Shown piece by piece: positions 23,685 to 34,787 of a stretch of DNA of 38,568 bases (the stretch's first letter is position 1; each line of letters opens with the position of its first letter). The stretch lies in contig NC_068984.1 in NCBI RefSeq assembly GCF_001194135.2, forward strand, positions 62,951,000 to 62,989,567, read 5' to 3'. This DNA is from Octopus bimaculoides (lineage: Eukaryota). Under the pieces are notes generated by a model that saw only the letters and a list, made by a program, of their open reading frames with translations, was not told the origin of the DNA and searched no databases. The translations under genes and the position numbers were made by a program.

Positions 23685-25008
23685 TTTTTTTTTAATTCGG
23701 ACGTGGTGTTTCNNNNNNNNNNNNNNNNNNNNNNNNNNNNNNNNNNNNNNNNNNNNNNNNNNNNNNNNNNNNNNNNNNNNNNNNNNNNNNNNNNNNNNNN
23801 NNNNNNNNNNNNNNNNNNNNNNNNNNNNNNNNNNNNNNNNNNNNNNNNNNNNNNNNNNNNNNNNNNNNNNNNNNNNNNNNNNNNNNNNNNNNNNNNNNNN
23901 NNNNNNNNNNNNNNNNNNNNNNNNNNNNNNNNNNNNNNNNNNNNNNNNNNNNNNNNNNNNNNNNNNNNNNNNNNNNNNNNNNNNNNNNNNNNNCGCAGAG
24001 CGAGCTCTTAGAGCGTGTGAACAGCATGGAGGAGGAACTGAGGAGGAGAGAAAGGTGGCGTGTGGAAAAAGAGTTTTGCAGGTGCCGCCGATTTAGAAAG
24101 GATAAGTTGGAAGTGGTAACGAACGAATTCAAGAAATACAAAAGCATGTTGTATAGGCGGGGGGGGGGGGCATCAATAAAATTAGCCCCTCCCGATGAAG
24201 TGATCCAGAGTGTAACCAGGAAAACGGTAACATTCAAATGTTTTAACAGAAAGGAAAAGCCATCAACGTGGCTGAAGGAAGAGAAATCGAGACATGTTTG
24301 GCTCCTATATGGTCAAGTTTTGCATGCAATAATACACTATTTAACACACACACATAACATATCTGGCCTAGGGGACCACATTCGCAACACTGAAAGTGAG
24401 GTTTCCCACTGAAGAGAAGGCCAGGCGACACTCCATGTCCTCGTTAGCAACAGAGAATATAATGCTGGAACAAGAAAAAACAAGGAAATGCAGGAATTGA
24501 AAAACTGTAACCAACTATAAAGGTAAGACTGCCTGTAGGGGATTTCCCACCGGATACGAAATATACTCTAATAGATAAAGTGAGTTACCTGAAATTGAGG
24601 GTAACATTTAGGACAGATGTGAATCTGTTGGAGCTGGAGGTAGTGATTGATTCACTACCTCCAGCCATCGACCACGATGAATTGAATGAACTAGTAATTA
24701 TTAAACAGTAAAAATTTTATAATGTTATTAAAGGATAACGTAAGTGTGAAAAACTTTTTTCTTAAAGAGAAATATAGAAATATTTTTGAATGTGATAGAC
24801 TGACTGAGAAAGAGATTCAATGACGTCGCTCGGACTGTGAGATTCGTGTGGTGTCGTTCCATCCCTTCATTAATTTTCTCTGATCGTATTTTATTCACTT
24901 TCCCACTTCCCCCCACATACACACACATTTGTGCTTTCTGTTTGTACTGTCCTGATGGTATTTGTACTGTACCCTCTATATTTAGTCCCTTGTCGAGAAT
25001 AAAGAATT
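23685..25008 (+). mobile_element. ORF1-only retroposon copy B, inserted in the Tc1 5' UTR (includes a 281-N gap)
   Basis: 12-bp TSD aattcgtaattt (23673-23684 / 25009-25020). ELLERVNSMEEELRRRERW and KYKSMLYRR...PPDEVIQ...VTFK are homologous to copy A. Knuckle remnant SGLGDHIR; tail ccctctatatttagtcccttgtcgagaataaagaa. Confidence 0.75.
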
Positions 25009-25033
25009 AATTCGTAATTTATTCGCATCGATT

Positions 25034-26051
25034 ATTACCCGATTGTCAGCACCGCAGAGAGAACATACTATTAGCCGATTGCAAGCAGGGCAGTATGCCC
25101 TGGTTGTTGCGAAAGCTTACAATGTCCAGCTCAGCACCATATATCGCCTGCAACAATGACAAAACTACACCAACAGCACTGCAGACCGTACTCGCAGAAG
25201 GCGCCCCCGAGTAACGACGCCCAGGCTGGGTCGCTTCATCCACCTGCCACACCTCCGTGATCGCTTCAGACCGGCCAGCGAGACAGCTCGCGATTCCATT
25301 GGCACTGGACAGCGACACATCAGCGTTGACACGGTACGACGTTGACTAGCCGCCAACAACATGCGTTGCGTCGTCCTGCTCGAAGGCTTGTTCTCACCGC
25401 CCGCCACCATCAGGCACGACTACAGTGGGCTACACAGTACTGATATTGGTGGCATCAACAATGGAGGTCGATAGTCTTCTCTGACAAGAGCCGGTACTGC
25501 ATTTACACCTCGGATGGCAGAGTGAGGGTCTGGCGTAGGAGGAATGAACGCTACAGAGAGGCATGTGTCATGGAGAGAGACTCCACATGGGGTAGCCAAA
25601 GCATCATGGTTTGGGGTGCTGCATCAGAGAATTGGGCCCCATGTGTTCCAAAATGTTGATGCAAGCAGAGGGAATGGCATCACAGTGCAGTGCTACATTG
25701 ACCAGATCTTAAGACCTCACATCCTCATGCGTCACCATAGCCACGTGTTCCAGCAGGACAATGCTCCCTCCCACACGGATCACCATGAACTTCCTGCGTC
25801 AGCACAACATCAAAACCATGCCGTGGCCGACACTCACCCCGGATTTGATCCCAATTGAACACCTGTAGGATAAAATCCAGAGACGGCTGAACCAGGTGGT
25901 CTCAATGCCGACAACTCGTGTGGAACTGGAGGCAGCTTTCCTCAGGGTGTGGGCACAGGTGCCAATAGCTTTTGTGAACTGCCTCATACACTCCATATAC
26001 CGACGGTGTATGGCCGTTTTGAACACCCAGAGAGGGCATACACGGTATTGA
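25034..26051 (+). pseudogene. Tc1 transposase pseudogene
   Basis: RLSAPQRE..., IVFSDKSRY, SIMVWGA, VFQQDNAPSHT, WPTLTPDLIPIEHL*D, HTRY*; several stops and frameshifts. Confidence 0.93.
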
Positions 26052-26631
26052 ATATGTCACACCCTACAAGCTTGATGTGCTGGATTCTCCCATTACCAGA
26101 ACACGACAACGACCCATACATTCTGCTCAAAGTGTATCCAATAAATTGACTTTATCAGATTTATCAATATTTATTTCTGACAAAATGAAATTAAAATATA
26201 TTTCACAGTCACACACGTCTCGCGTTTCTTTTGCGGTTCAGTGTATATACACGTATATTCATTAAAAAGAACAAATAACTAATCGAATATGCATTTTCAG
26301 CAAGTACTAATAAGATTAAAGGCATTTCTTTCTTCCCTCCAAACATCTCTCTTCCTCTCTCCCTTCTCATATCTCTCTTTCTTCCCTCTCTCTTTCTTTC
26401 TCTCCCTCCTTCACTCTCTACCCAATAATAAGTTTTCGTTCATTTTGTTTTGAAACACATTTTTCTTATGTTACTTAATAAGCACACTACGATTGGTAAT
26501 TTATTGTTTTAGGAAATCAATGTATATATGAAGGGTTGGTTGTATTTGCAAGTAAAAATGATTATACATGCGCAAACATACGCTCATGTTTGTATACCTT
26601 TAGGCAAATATGCAAAATTATGCTTCCTAAA

Positions 26632-26632
26632 T

Positions 26633-26664
<32 letters not shown>

Positions 26665-26681
26665 ACACACACATACACACC

Positions 26682-26712
<31 letters not shown>
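26632..26712. repeat. (CA)n/(TA)n microsatellite
   Basis: Direct reading. Confidence 0.95.
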
Positions 26713-26713
<1 letters not shown>

Positions 26714-26790
26714 ATTGTTAAAGTGGACAACAAACGTTAAGGCAAGGCAACTATCTCAAGTCATATACATTATCATTATTGGGGGAAAAA

Positions 26791-26850
26791 TTGTCTTACA
26801 GCTGTTTCTTGGATATCCCTGAATATGGGATATTCTCTCATCGGAGACAA
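26791..26850 (-). ncRNA. Minimal type I hammerhead-ribozyme-like motif within a ~140-bp repeat (26713-26853)
   Basis: Minus strand ttgtct-CCGATGA-gaga-atatccc[atattca]gggatat-ccaa-GAA-acagctgt-A-agacaa. Stem I is 6 bp, helix III is palindromic ACAGCUGU, the triplet is GUA. U4 is C and the base of stem II is imperfect. Confidence 0.55.
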
Positions 26851-27026
26851 ATAGTGTACATGGCTGGCTAGTGATGTGGAATTGCTATTCTCTTTGCATT
26901 TAAACGAGTTTAAATGGGCATAATATATTTGCTTAAAATTATGGTAGATCCAGTGTAGTAGATATTGGAGTTATTTACAATGTTGTGAACGATGCATTGG
27001 TATACAACGTTCAATCTACTGCAATG

Positions 27027-28003
27027 GGCCAGCACTCCACTCGTGGACTCTGCTTAAAGGCAATTCCACATAACTAGCCTGGCACGTACACCTCTAATTA
27101 ATAGAAAAATACAATATAGGCTTCCCTGTGCTATAATTGACTCTGGTATCCCATATCAAGGCCAGCACTCCACTTGTGGACTCTGCTTAGAAGAAGCTCT
27201 CAAAATTTTACCCATATCTCACCACAATTGCTTAATAAACACAACGAAACCTTCACAACATGTAAACACAAATTTTCCCGCGCTTTTAAATTCTTCCATA
27301 AAACTAAATATAAATTCACCCCCACGAATAACACCCACAATACAAACCTCCATGATCGTTAACACATACCCTTCTATTTCTATCAACCTTACCTCAGCAC
27401 ATTATAAGATAAATATTAATTCTTTAATTTATTTTTAAACCTTAACCTAATAAATCACCTAATATTTAATTCTAAATCTTATTCCTAAATAATTTAAGTT
27501 TTTCCATTCACGACTACCTACATCTCCATAATCCCAATGCTAAAAATATTTCTTCAGCCGCTGACCTTAGCCTGAACGGGCACAAGCACTTACTACTAGA
27601 TTTCCTTTCATTTTACTTAATTTTTCGATTTTACATTATCATACTTTACATCCTCTCTCCTTATTTACCCTTATATATTTATTTATCTTCTTGATTATTT
27701 TTGTACACTATATACTTAGACACTATATTTTTCTATACCTCATTTCATCCTTAACGCCAATCTTTAATTTCCTCCCTCACTCTCTCTACCTCTCTTTTTA
27801 TTTATTTATTTTTATTTCTTTTCACTACTTAATAGCCTCCTCCGCTACCATTCTGTTATTGAACGTTGATATGTTCGCGTCTTTTTCTAGATATTTACAC
27901 TGTCAGTACTTTATCCTACATGGATTTACACAGGATTGTACCTAAGGACTTACGGACTTAATTCTATACGCTCGGTAAGTTCATCTGTGAACTTTTATGC
28001 CTC
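27027..28003 (+). mobile_element. Penelope-like element 3' fragment (GIY-YIG C-terminus plus pyrimidine-rich UTR/pLTR)
   Basis: NST*LAWHV...IPYQGQHSTCGLCLEEALKIL and LLNKHNETFTTCKHKF match the PLE endonuclease tail C.LCLEEK..I / LLNKR.E....CRHK. A 30-bp direct repeat lies at 27027-27056 / 27160-27189. Confidence 0.75.
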
Positions 28004-28089
28004 TTTTTTCTTGTTTCTTCATCTCTTTATTCCTTCTACCCAGTCCTCTATGTTGTTATTCCATTAATCTATACCCTTCTCATTTTCCT

Positions 28090-28233
28090 TATTTGTCTTC
28101 GATGACGGAATTTCTCAAACTCTGGGATATCTCAGAAGCAGCTGTAAAACTCTGAATTTTTTCCAATAATAATAATGTATATGACTTGTGATGTTTGCCT
28201 TGCCTTAACGTTTGTTGACCTCTTTAAAAATTA
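28090..28233 (+). repeat. Second, inverted and more decayed copy of the hammerhead-bearing repeat
   Basis: ttgtct-tcgatga...gggatatctca-gaa-gcagctgt-a, followed by ccaataat.ataatgtatatgacttg.gat...gccttgccttaacgtttgttg, nearly the reverse complement of 26713-26853. Confidence 0.75.
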
Positions 28234-28377
28234 TATATCTTATATATCGGAAATCTACAATTGTTTCATAACTACCGTTTCGGCTATAAGCTTCGAGTCC
28301 TAGTAATCCGTTACAGCACTTACCTAGCATACCTAGTCGTTTAGATCACCGGTGAACTAAACCCCCATATTTTGTGT

Positions 28378-28380
<3 letters not shown>

Positions 28381-28416
<36 letters not shown>

Positions 28417-28512
28417 CACACACACACACACACACACATTTTAGGAGTATCATGAGCAGCTTAACTCAAATTAGTAGATAGACAGAAAGAAAGAAAGAAA
28501 GAAAGAAAGAAA
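28381..28512. repeat. (TA)n, (CA)n and (GAAA)n microsatellites
   Basis: Direct reading. Confidence 0.9.
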
Positions 28513-28957
28513 AAGTAAGTTTGGAAGCATTCCCATTTCCAACATCAGCAATTATTCAATCAGTCACGAATCTTTCTGATATGTACACAATTATACAGTA
28601 TATACACGCTATTTTGACTCAGTTGATTCTTGTTTACACTGACGACAAGGATATTGTGTATCTAAGGAAAGCAGCATGCTTGTATATCTAATACAAATAC
28701 GAACACGTAGGGTAAACATAAATCTATGCCCGCATAAAAATATGTTTATGTCAATGTTTGTACTTTGAGCTGCTTTACAATGAATTTTTTTAATTATGGG
28801 TGCATTTCCGTATAATATATTCGAAAAAGTGAAGCGCTTCAGGAAATTTACAAGGGAATATATTTCTCTTCTAATTTTGAAATAGTAAATATTATAATAG
28901 ATATCAATATTTTGGTGTAATGTAAATTTGGAAGTTAAGAAATACATTGTTGTATGG

Positions 28958-29110
28958 ATTTGCACGCAATAATACACTATTTAGCTCACACACACATACA
29001 CATCTTGGGTGTACGACTACTACTTTTAGCCCCACGTGCGAGATTATGGGGCTGAACCTGAAACCATATAGTTTGGAACTAAAATGCTTACCACAGAAAT
29101 ACGCCTTCGC
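28958..29110 (-). mobile_element. Short SINE with a family-B-like tRNA head and a different tail
   Basis: Minus strand gcgaaggcgtatttctgtggtaag...tttcaggttcagcccc followed by tail gatgtgtatgtgtgtgtgagctaaatagtgtattattgcgtgcaaa. Confidence 0.5.
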
Positions 29111-29221
29111 GTATGCATGTGTATGTATATATATATGTGTGTGTGTGTTTGCATGTATGTATGCATATATACACATGTGTGTATGTATATATATATATAT
29201 CTTTTATATATACATACATAC

Positions 29222-29265
<44 letters not shown>

Positions 29266-29681
29266 NNNNNNNNNNNNNNNNNNNNNNNNNNNNNNNNNNN
29301 NNNNNNNNNNNNNNNNNNNNNNNNNNNNNNNNNNNNNNNNNNNNNNNNNNNNNNNNNNNNNNNNNNNNNNNNNNNNNNNNNNNNNNNNNNNNNNNNNNNN
29401 NNNNNNNNNNNNNNNNNNNNNNNNNNNNNNNNNNNNNNNNNNNNNNNNNNNNNNNNNNNNNNNNNNNNNNNNNNNNNNNNNNNNNNNNNNNNNNNNNNNN
29501 NNNNNNNNNNNNNNNNNNNNNNNNNNNNNNNNNNNNNNNNNNNNNNNNNNNNNNNNNNNNNNNNNNNNNNNNNNNNNNNNNNNNNNNNNNNNNNNNNNNN
29601 NNNNNNNNNNNNNNNNNNNNNNNNNNNNNNNNNNNNNNNNNNNNNNNNNNNNNNNNNNNNNNNNNNNNNNNNNNNNNNNNN

Positions 29682-29734
<53 letters not shown>

Positions 29735-30685
29735 AAATATTATCTTGGAAATCTCATTTATATAAAGTTCACTATAAAGTTTGAGACCTTTTGGAAACTA
29801 TAAAGTACACTAGTTCTACTATCTATTTTTATATTTTAATTCTCTTAACTTATCTGTACAATTATTTAACCGGCTTCTAAATATTCTTTGTACATCTTTA
29901 AAAAATTCTGATCTGCCAAGAATATATCTTTAGCTTCAGAAATGATAACGGAAATAAGAAAATATAGTTTATATAGATTTGCTGTGTCTCATCCTTTTTT
30001 TTTTTTTTTCCATCTTTTATTTTAATATCATCTTAATTAAAAATATAAGATAGCCCACCCATCTCTCTGAGTAAAAAAATACTGATTGTAAATAACATTG
30101 GAGAAAATCTGATGAAAGCTATACTTTTGATGTCAAAAAACAAAGAGTCAAGGTTTGATTTAAGAGAAACAAAACAGAAAAACATGAAATAAAGTTACAA
30201 ACTTCTTATGAGACGAAATAAATTAAATGGAAATAAAGCAAAAAATAAAAACAACGAACTATGTGAAAAAAAAAATGGTATGAAAAACAAATAACAATCA
30301 AAGATAAAGATAATTTTAGAAATTCATTAAAAAAAATTTATAAAAAAATACAAACTCGTGCTCAAATTAATGTGTAAATTTAATGTTTCTTAATATTTTT
30401 CCAATGGTTATTTTTTTTGATTTTCAAAAAATAAATTAAGTGACATTAAGAAGTAATGAAATTGTTTTTTCTGCCATCATTTTCTTTAGCATTAACCCAT
30501 ATATATAGACAAACAGGCAGACCAGCAGACAGGCATGTATGTGTTTATATATGTATGTGTATGTAAATGAATATATGTGCAGATATACACATACACAATA
30601 ATATACACATTCCTACATACATATTGAGTACTTCATTTTTTGATTGTCTACGAAAACATTCACCACATTTTCTGTTTACCTCTCT

Positions 30686-30701
30686 TGCTCTCTCTCTCCC
30701 T

Positions 30702-30742
<41 letters not shown>
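30686..30742. repeat. (CT)n microsatellite
   Basis: Direct reading. Confidence 0.95.
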
Positions 30743-30745
<3 letters not shown>

Positions 30746-31086
30746 CGCTCGCTCCGCAGTAGCTCTGTTTTAGCATTTATTCATAAAAATAGAACAAATC
30801 ATCGTCGTAGACGAGCCAATTTGATTCTTCAGAAACATTCAAAGTCCTCTTACAGATTACAAACAACTCTGTCATATACTAAAACTAAATGTTAGGTTAC
30901 TGAAATTTTGAGAACTTTATAACATGATATTTTTGAGAGGTTTACGACATGATATTTTTGAGAACACAATTTCTTTAACGCTAATACTTTTTTCTCTCAT
31001 TGGGCTTTTAACTGAAGTAAATTATGAAAAACACGATTTTCAGTTATACATTTAGATTATATTAGCCTAAAGGCAATCACAAGCGT

Positions 31087-31162
31087 ATCTATCTATCTAT
31101 CTACATATCCACCCATCCATCCATCCATCCATCTATCTATCCATCTATCTATCTATCCATCT
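31087..31162. repeat. (TATC)n/(CCAT)n tetranucleotide microsatellite
   Basis: Direct reading. Confidence 0.9.
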
Positions 31163-31244
31163 AGATCGAATTAACAAAAGACGAAGATAGATAAAGGAGC
31201 AACAAGGAGGTGTATTAGTTTAAAGCTCGGGAAGAATGGAAAAG

Positions 31245-31282
31245 TCTTTCACGTTTCGAGTCAACGCTCTTCCACAGAAAGA
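31245..31282 (-). ncRNA. Variant minimal hammerhead-like motif in a short repeat (about 31163-31350)
   Basis: Minus strand tcttt-CTGTGGA-a-gag[cgttga]ctc-GAAA-cgt-G-aaaga. Stem I is 5 bp, stem II 3 bp, helix III palindromic ACGU. Core deviations (A6>U, G at position 17) suggest an inactive or variant copy. Confidence 0.4.
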
Positions 31283-31404
31283 ATTAAGAGGGGAAAACAC
31301 CGGAGAGAGAATGAAGGAAAACGGAGAGAAAAAAATATGTAAGGAATAAAGGTTCAATATGATGAAATCTATCTGTCTGTCTGTCTGTCTGTCTAGCAAC
31401 CTAC

Positions 31405-31850
31405 CTGTATATTATTACGATGTGGTAAACGGATCACTAGTTGTGTTCACGAATCGCTTGACGTGAAGCCAACATACTAAGAGCAGTAGAGGAATGCTGG
31501 ATTTTGTCGCATTCGTTTAGAGAGTGTGGCATCCATACGGTGAGTTTTTCAGACCTTACCCACCGAATTACCATGACAGGCAGCGGTATCACGAGGGCAT
31601 TTCATTCCGAACTAGACTGGTGCGAATTCTCGTGGATGAGCTCGTTTAATTGATCCTCATTGAACTGAAAGAATCTGTCGGAAAGCGGAAATCTGTGAGA
31701 TTGTATTTCCCCTGCTTAATATGTGGAAAATTATTTTCCTGTGGTTGTTTCAGCAATAGGACCTTCTCCGAACAGTGCACAAATGTCTCGAGTGGCTTTA
31801 GAAGCGCTGAACACTTGATTCGAAGCAAAGAGAAACAGGTGTCGAAAACT
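31405..31850 (-). mobile_element. Mariner transposase N-terminal remnant
   Basis: LFLFASNQ...ASKATRDICALFGEGPIAE...FNEDQLNELIHEN...KLTVWMPHSLNE (cf. A.EAAR.IC..YGE..I.E / WVPH.L.E). Confidence 0.85.
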
Positions 31851-32949
31851 TATTTATTTATTTATTTTTGGTTACTTGGTACTCCATTGTCAATTCTGTG
31901 ATAAAATATAAAATTTATTCAAATTTCGAAAACGATAAACAAAGGTTGTTAGAAAGGATGAAACAAAGAAGAGCATAAAACACTACAATAAGAATATTTT
32001 TTGCTATAACTCAAATAACATTTGTAAACAAAAAGAACCGATTTATTTGAAAACCGAATATTTGTATATGAATATATGCCTTTATATATGCATACAAATA
32101 TGTAGATATACCTGTGTGTATATGTTTACAGATATATATATANNNNNNNNNNNNNNNNNNNNNNNNNNNNNNNNNNNNNNNNNNNNNNNNNNNNNNNNNN
32201 NNNNNNNNNNNNNNNNNNNNNNNNNNNNNNNNNNNNNNNNNNNNNNNNNNNNNNNNNNNNNNNNNNNNNNNNNNNNNNNNNNNNNNNNNNNNNNNNNNNN
32301 NNNNNNNNNNNNNNNNNNNNNNNNNNNNNNNNNNNNNNNNNNNNNNNNNNNNNNNNNNNNNNNNNNNNNNNNNNNNNNNNNNNNNNNNNNNNNNNNNNNN
32401 NNNNNNNNNNNNNNNNNNNNNNNNNNNNNNNNNNNNNNNNNNNNNNNNNNNNNNNNNNNNNNNNNNNNNNNNNNNNNNNNNNNNNNNNNNNNNNNNNNNN
32501 NNNNNNNNNNNNNNNNNNNNNNNNNNNNNNNNNNNNNNNNNNNNNNNNNNNNNNNNNNNNNNNNNNNNNNNNNNNNNNNNNNNNNNNNNNNNNNNNNNNN
32601 NNNNNNNNNNNNNNNNNNNNNNNNNNNNNNNNNNNNNNNNNNNNNNNNNNNNNNNNNNNNNNNNNNNNNNNNNNNNNNNNNNNNNNNNNNNNNNNNNNNN
32701 NNNNNNNNNNNNNNNNNNNNNNNNNNNNNNNNNNNNNNNNNNNNNNNNNNNNNNNNNNNNNNNNNNNNNNNNNNNNNNNNNNNNNNNNNNNNNNNNNNNN
32801 NNNNNNNNNNNNNNNNNNNNNNNNNNNNNNNNNNNNNNNNTATATATACATACATACAATTCCTCAATAGTAACTTGCAAGTATGATTTGGTAGAATGTA
32901 TCAACCATTAACCAATTGTTTTAGGAACCATTCTTGGGCAACTTTAAAC

Positions 32950-33850
32950 ACTTTCTCTCGGCTCTTTGACTCTTCATTACATGGGATTATTGACAATAAG
33001 AGTGTGCGCCAACCGAGACATTATCTTCCTTGACAATAGTTTAAATTCCAAGATAAACAGTCATTGTCGTATAGTGAATTAGCAGGATGAGCTCACTACA
33101 AAATGTCCTTCTAAAAAGTCACTTAGTACTAAGTATACTTACTCTGCTAACTGTAATGTATATGCAAGCATTAATAAGGAAAATAGATCGAAATTTTACC
33201 TGGTATAATCCACCGTTTCCACACTGGTGAAGTGTAATATGCCGAAAATGCACTTTAAAATATATTCTATCACAACACAAATACAAGCGGATCTTTAACT
33301 CGCATATTGTAAAGCTTCCCTATTCTATGATATCAAATTTGCTTTCTATTGTAACAGCGTTTCATAGTTGTAATCCAAAAATAGACCATAACATTATTAA
33401 TCAGATACTATCTGACTTGAATTTAGTAGATAATTTGGTAAATAATGGGAATGGAACACCTAGATCGTGACTTGTAGAGCCCACTGAGATTAAAGGATTA
33501 AATAGTGGATATGATTGTAAATTAATCCACAATAATCCCAATAGAACAAATAAAAGTAGTTATGGAGGAAATATATCACCTAATTATCGAAACTTTATAC
33601 AAGAATCTGAAATATATATCAAGATGGCAAATCTTATTTTCATATCTGAAATTAATATGCTCCCTCGCTATTAATCCCACGCTGTCATTAATATACTGCT
33701 TACATTCTAAAAGGTCATTGTACGAATAGATAGCGCTGTTTCTATACGGCGCTCCACCCCTCAGTTTTCTGAATTCTTAAGCTATTGGAGATATCTGTAG
33801 TTGCCGTACAAACCCAAGAATAGGAACATTATATATATGAATGCAGTTTT
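32950..33850 (-). pseudogene. Possible third decayed rhodopsin-class GPCR pseudogene
   Basis: TM1-like FIYIMFLFLGLYGN (GLYGN at 33800-33814). TM3-like KICHLDIYF...SIGIIVD*FTII lies about 92 codons downstream, the same spacing as in the other two copies. Hydrophobic SIFLINACIYITVSR further on; many stops. Confidence 0.3.
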
Positions 33851-34787
33851 AGAATTTCAAGTAATTGTTAATTGGTTGGAATTTGTCCTTGTGAAAATAT
33901 TGTTTACAAGTATAACATGAAAAACCATAAATTAGTGTAAAATCTGCACTGGTCTAGAGCAATTTTAAAGAAACGCTTTTATTTGTACCGTCACTCCTTT
34001 TCCAAATCTATTTCACTTTCATATATCTGGAAAAACATATTAAATACAATATTAAAAGCACAATATTCAAAATGGAAATGAGTATCATATATTCAGCTTA
34101 ACAATGTCAAGTAGATAAAGAGGATTGTTGTCTATGTGCTCGTGAAGAGTTCGAGATTCTAATAGCTGATAAAGATCTATTATTAAGAAGAATAAAGTTA
34201 TAGTAGACTGCAAGCACAAACTTCCTTGAACATTTAAATATTAACGAACAGGAAGTAATTATGATGCTTATATGTGACTGCATCTTATTGCGTACACGAA
34301 TCAAATCTTCAATACACTATACGTGCTAAAACAGTAAAAACTTTACATAGGGTACTTTAATAGTGTCCATTTCACTCAACCTGTTATATCGAGCATTTAG
34401 CATATTATATTTTCTCGTCCTACACTACTGACTCATCTATGTTTTAATCTCTACTAATATGCAATATTATCGTGCATGTTTGTCATTTGAAAATTAACTC
34501 ATTTATATGCGAATTATTGTATATCATTATGCATATCCATATGTAGTGTTTGGGCATTTTTATATGCTTATGAATACGCGTATGTGGCTATACATGTTTT
34601 CCAGTGTGTATGTGTATATACGCGTTTATCTAGGTGTGCATACATGTTCGTAAATACATGTGTGTGATGCAGATGTAATTATGCATGTACATAGATGTAT
34701 ATAACAAGGCTGTGTGTATGCATAATACACACGCGTGCTCGCACGTACGTACGTACACACACAGACACACACACACACACACACACA

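Larger units (their letters stand above)
23389..26243 (+). mobile_element. Full-length decayed Tc1 (DD34E-type) transposon carrying a nested retroposon
   Basis: Perfect 24-bp TIRs cactgaaccgcaaaagaaacgcga (23389-23412) / tcgcgtttcttttgcggttcagtg (26220-26243) and TA TSDs. Length is about 1.52 kb after removing the 23685-25008 insert and one TSD. Confidence 0.95.

Noticed and set aside
27027-27189. 30-bp direct repeats with a ~100-bp spacer, CRISPR-like at first glance
   Set aside because: Only two units, eukaryotic context, no cas genes, and the repeat encodes the Penelope endonuclease motif GQHSTCGLCL.
28272-28300. Possible further hammerhead (ctcgaagcttatagccgaaac on the minus strand)
   Set aside because: The core spacing does not fit CUGANGA and no convincing stem I was found.
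14379-32911. Long ORFs in the track containing X runs or HT/CV/YI/ER/SL dipeptide repeats
   Set aside because: Artefacts of N gaps and microsatellites.
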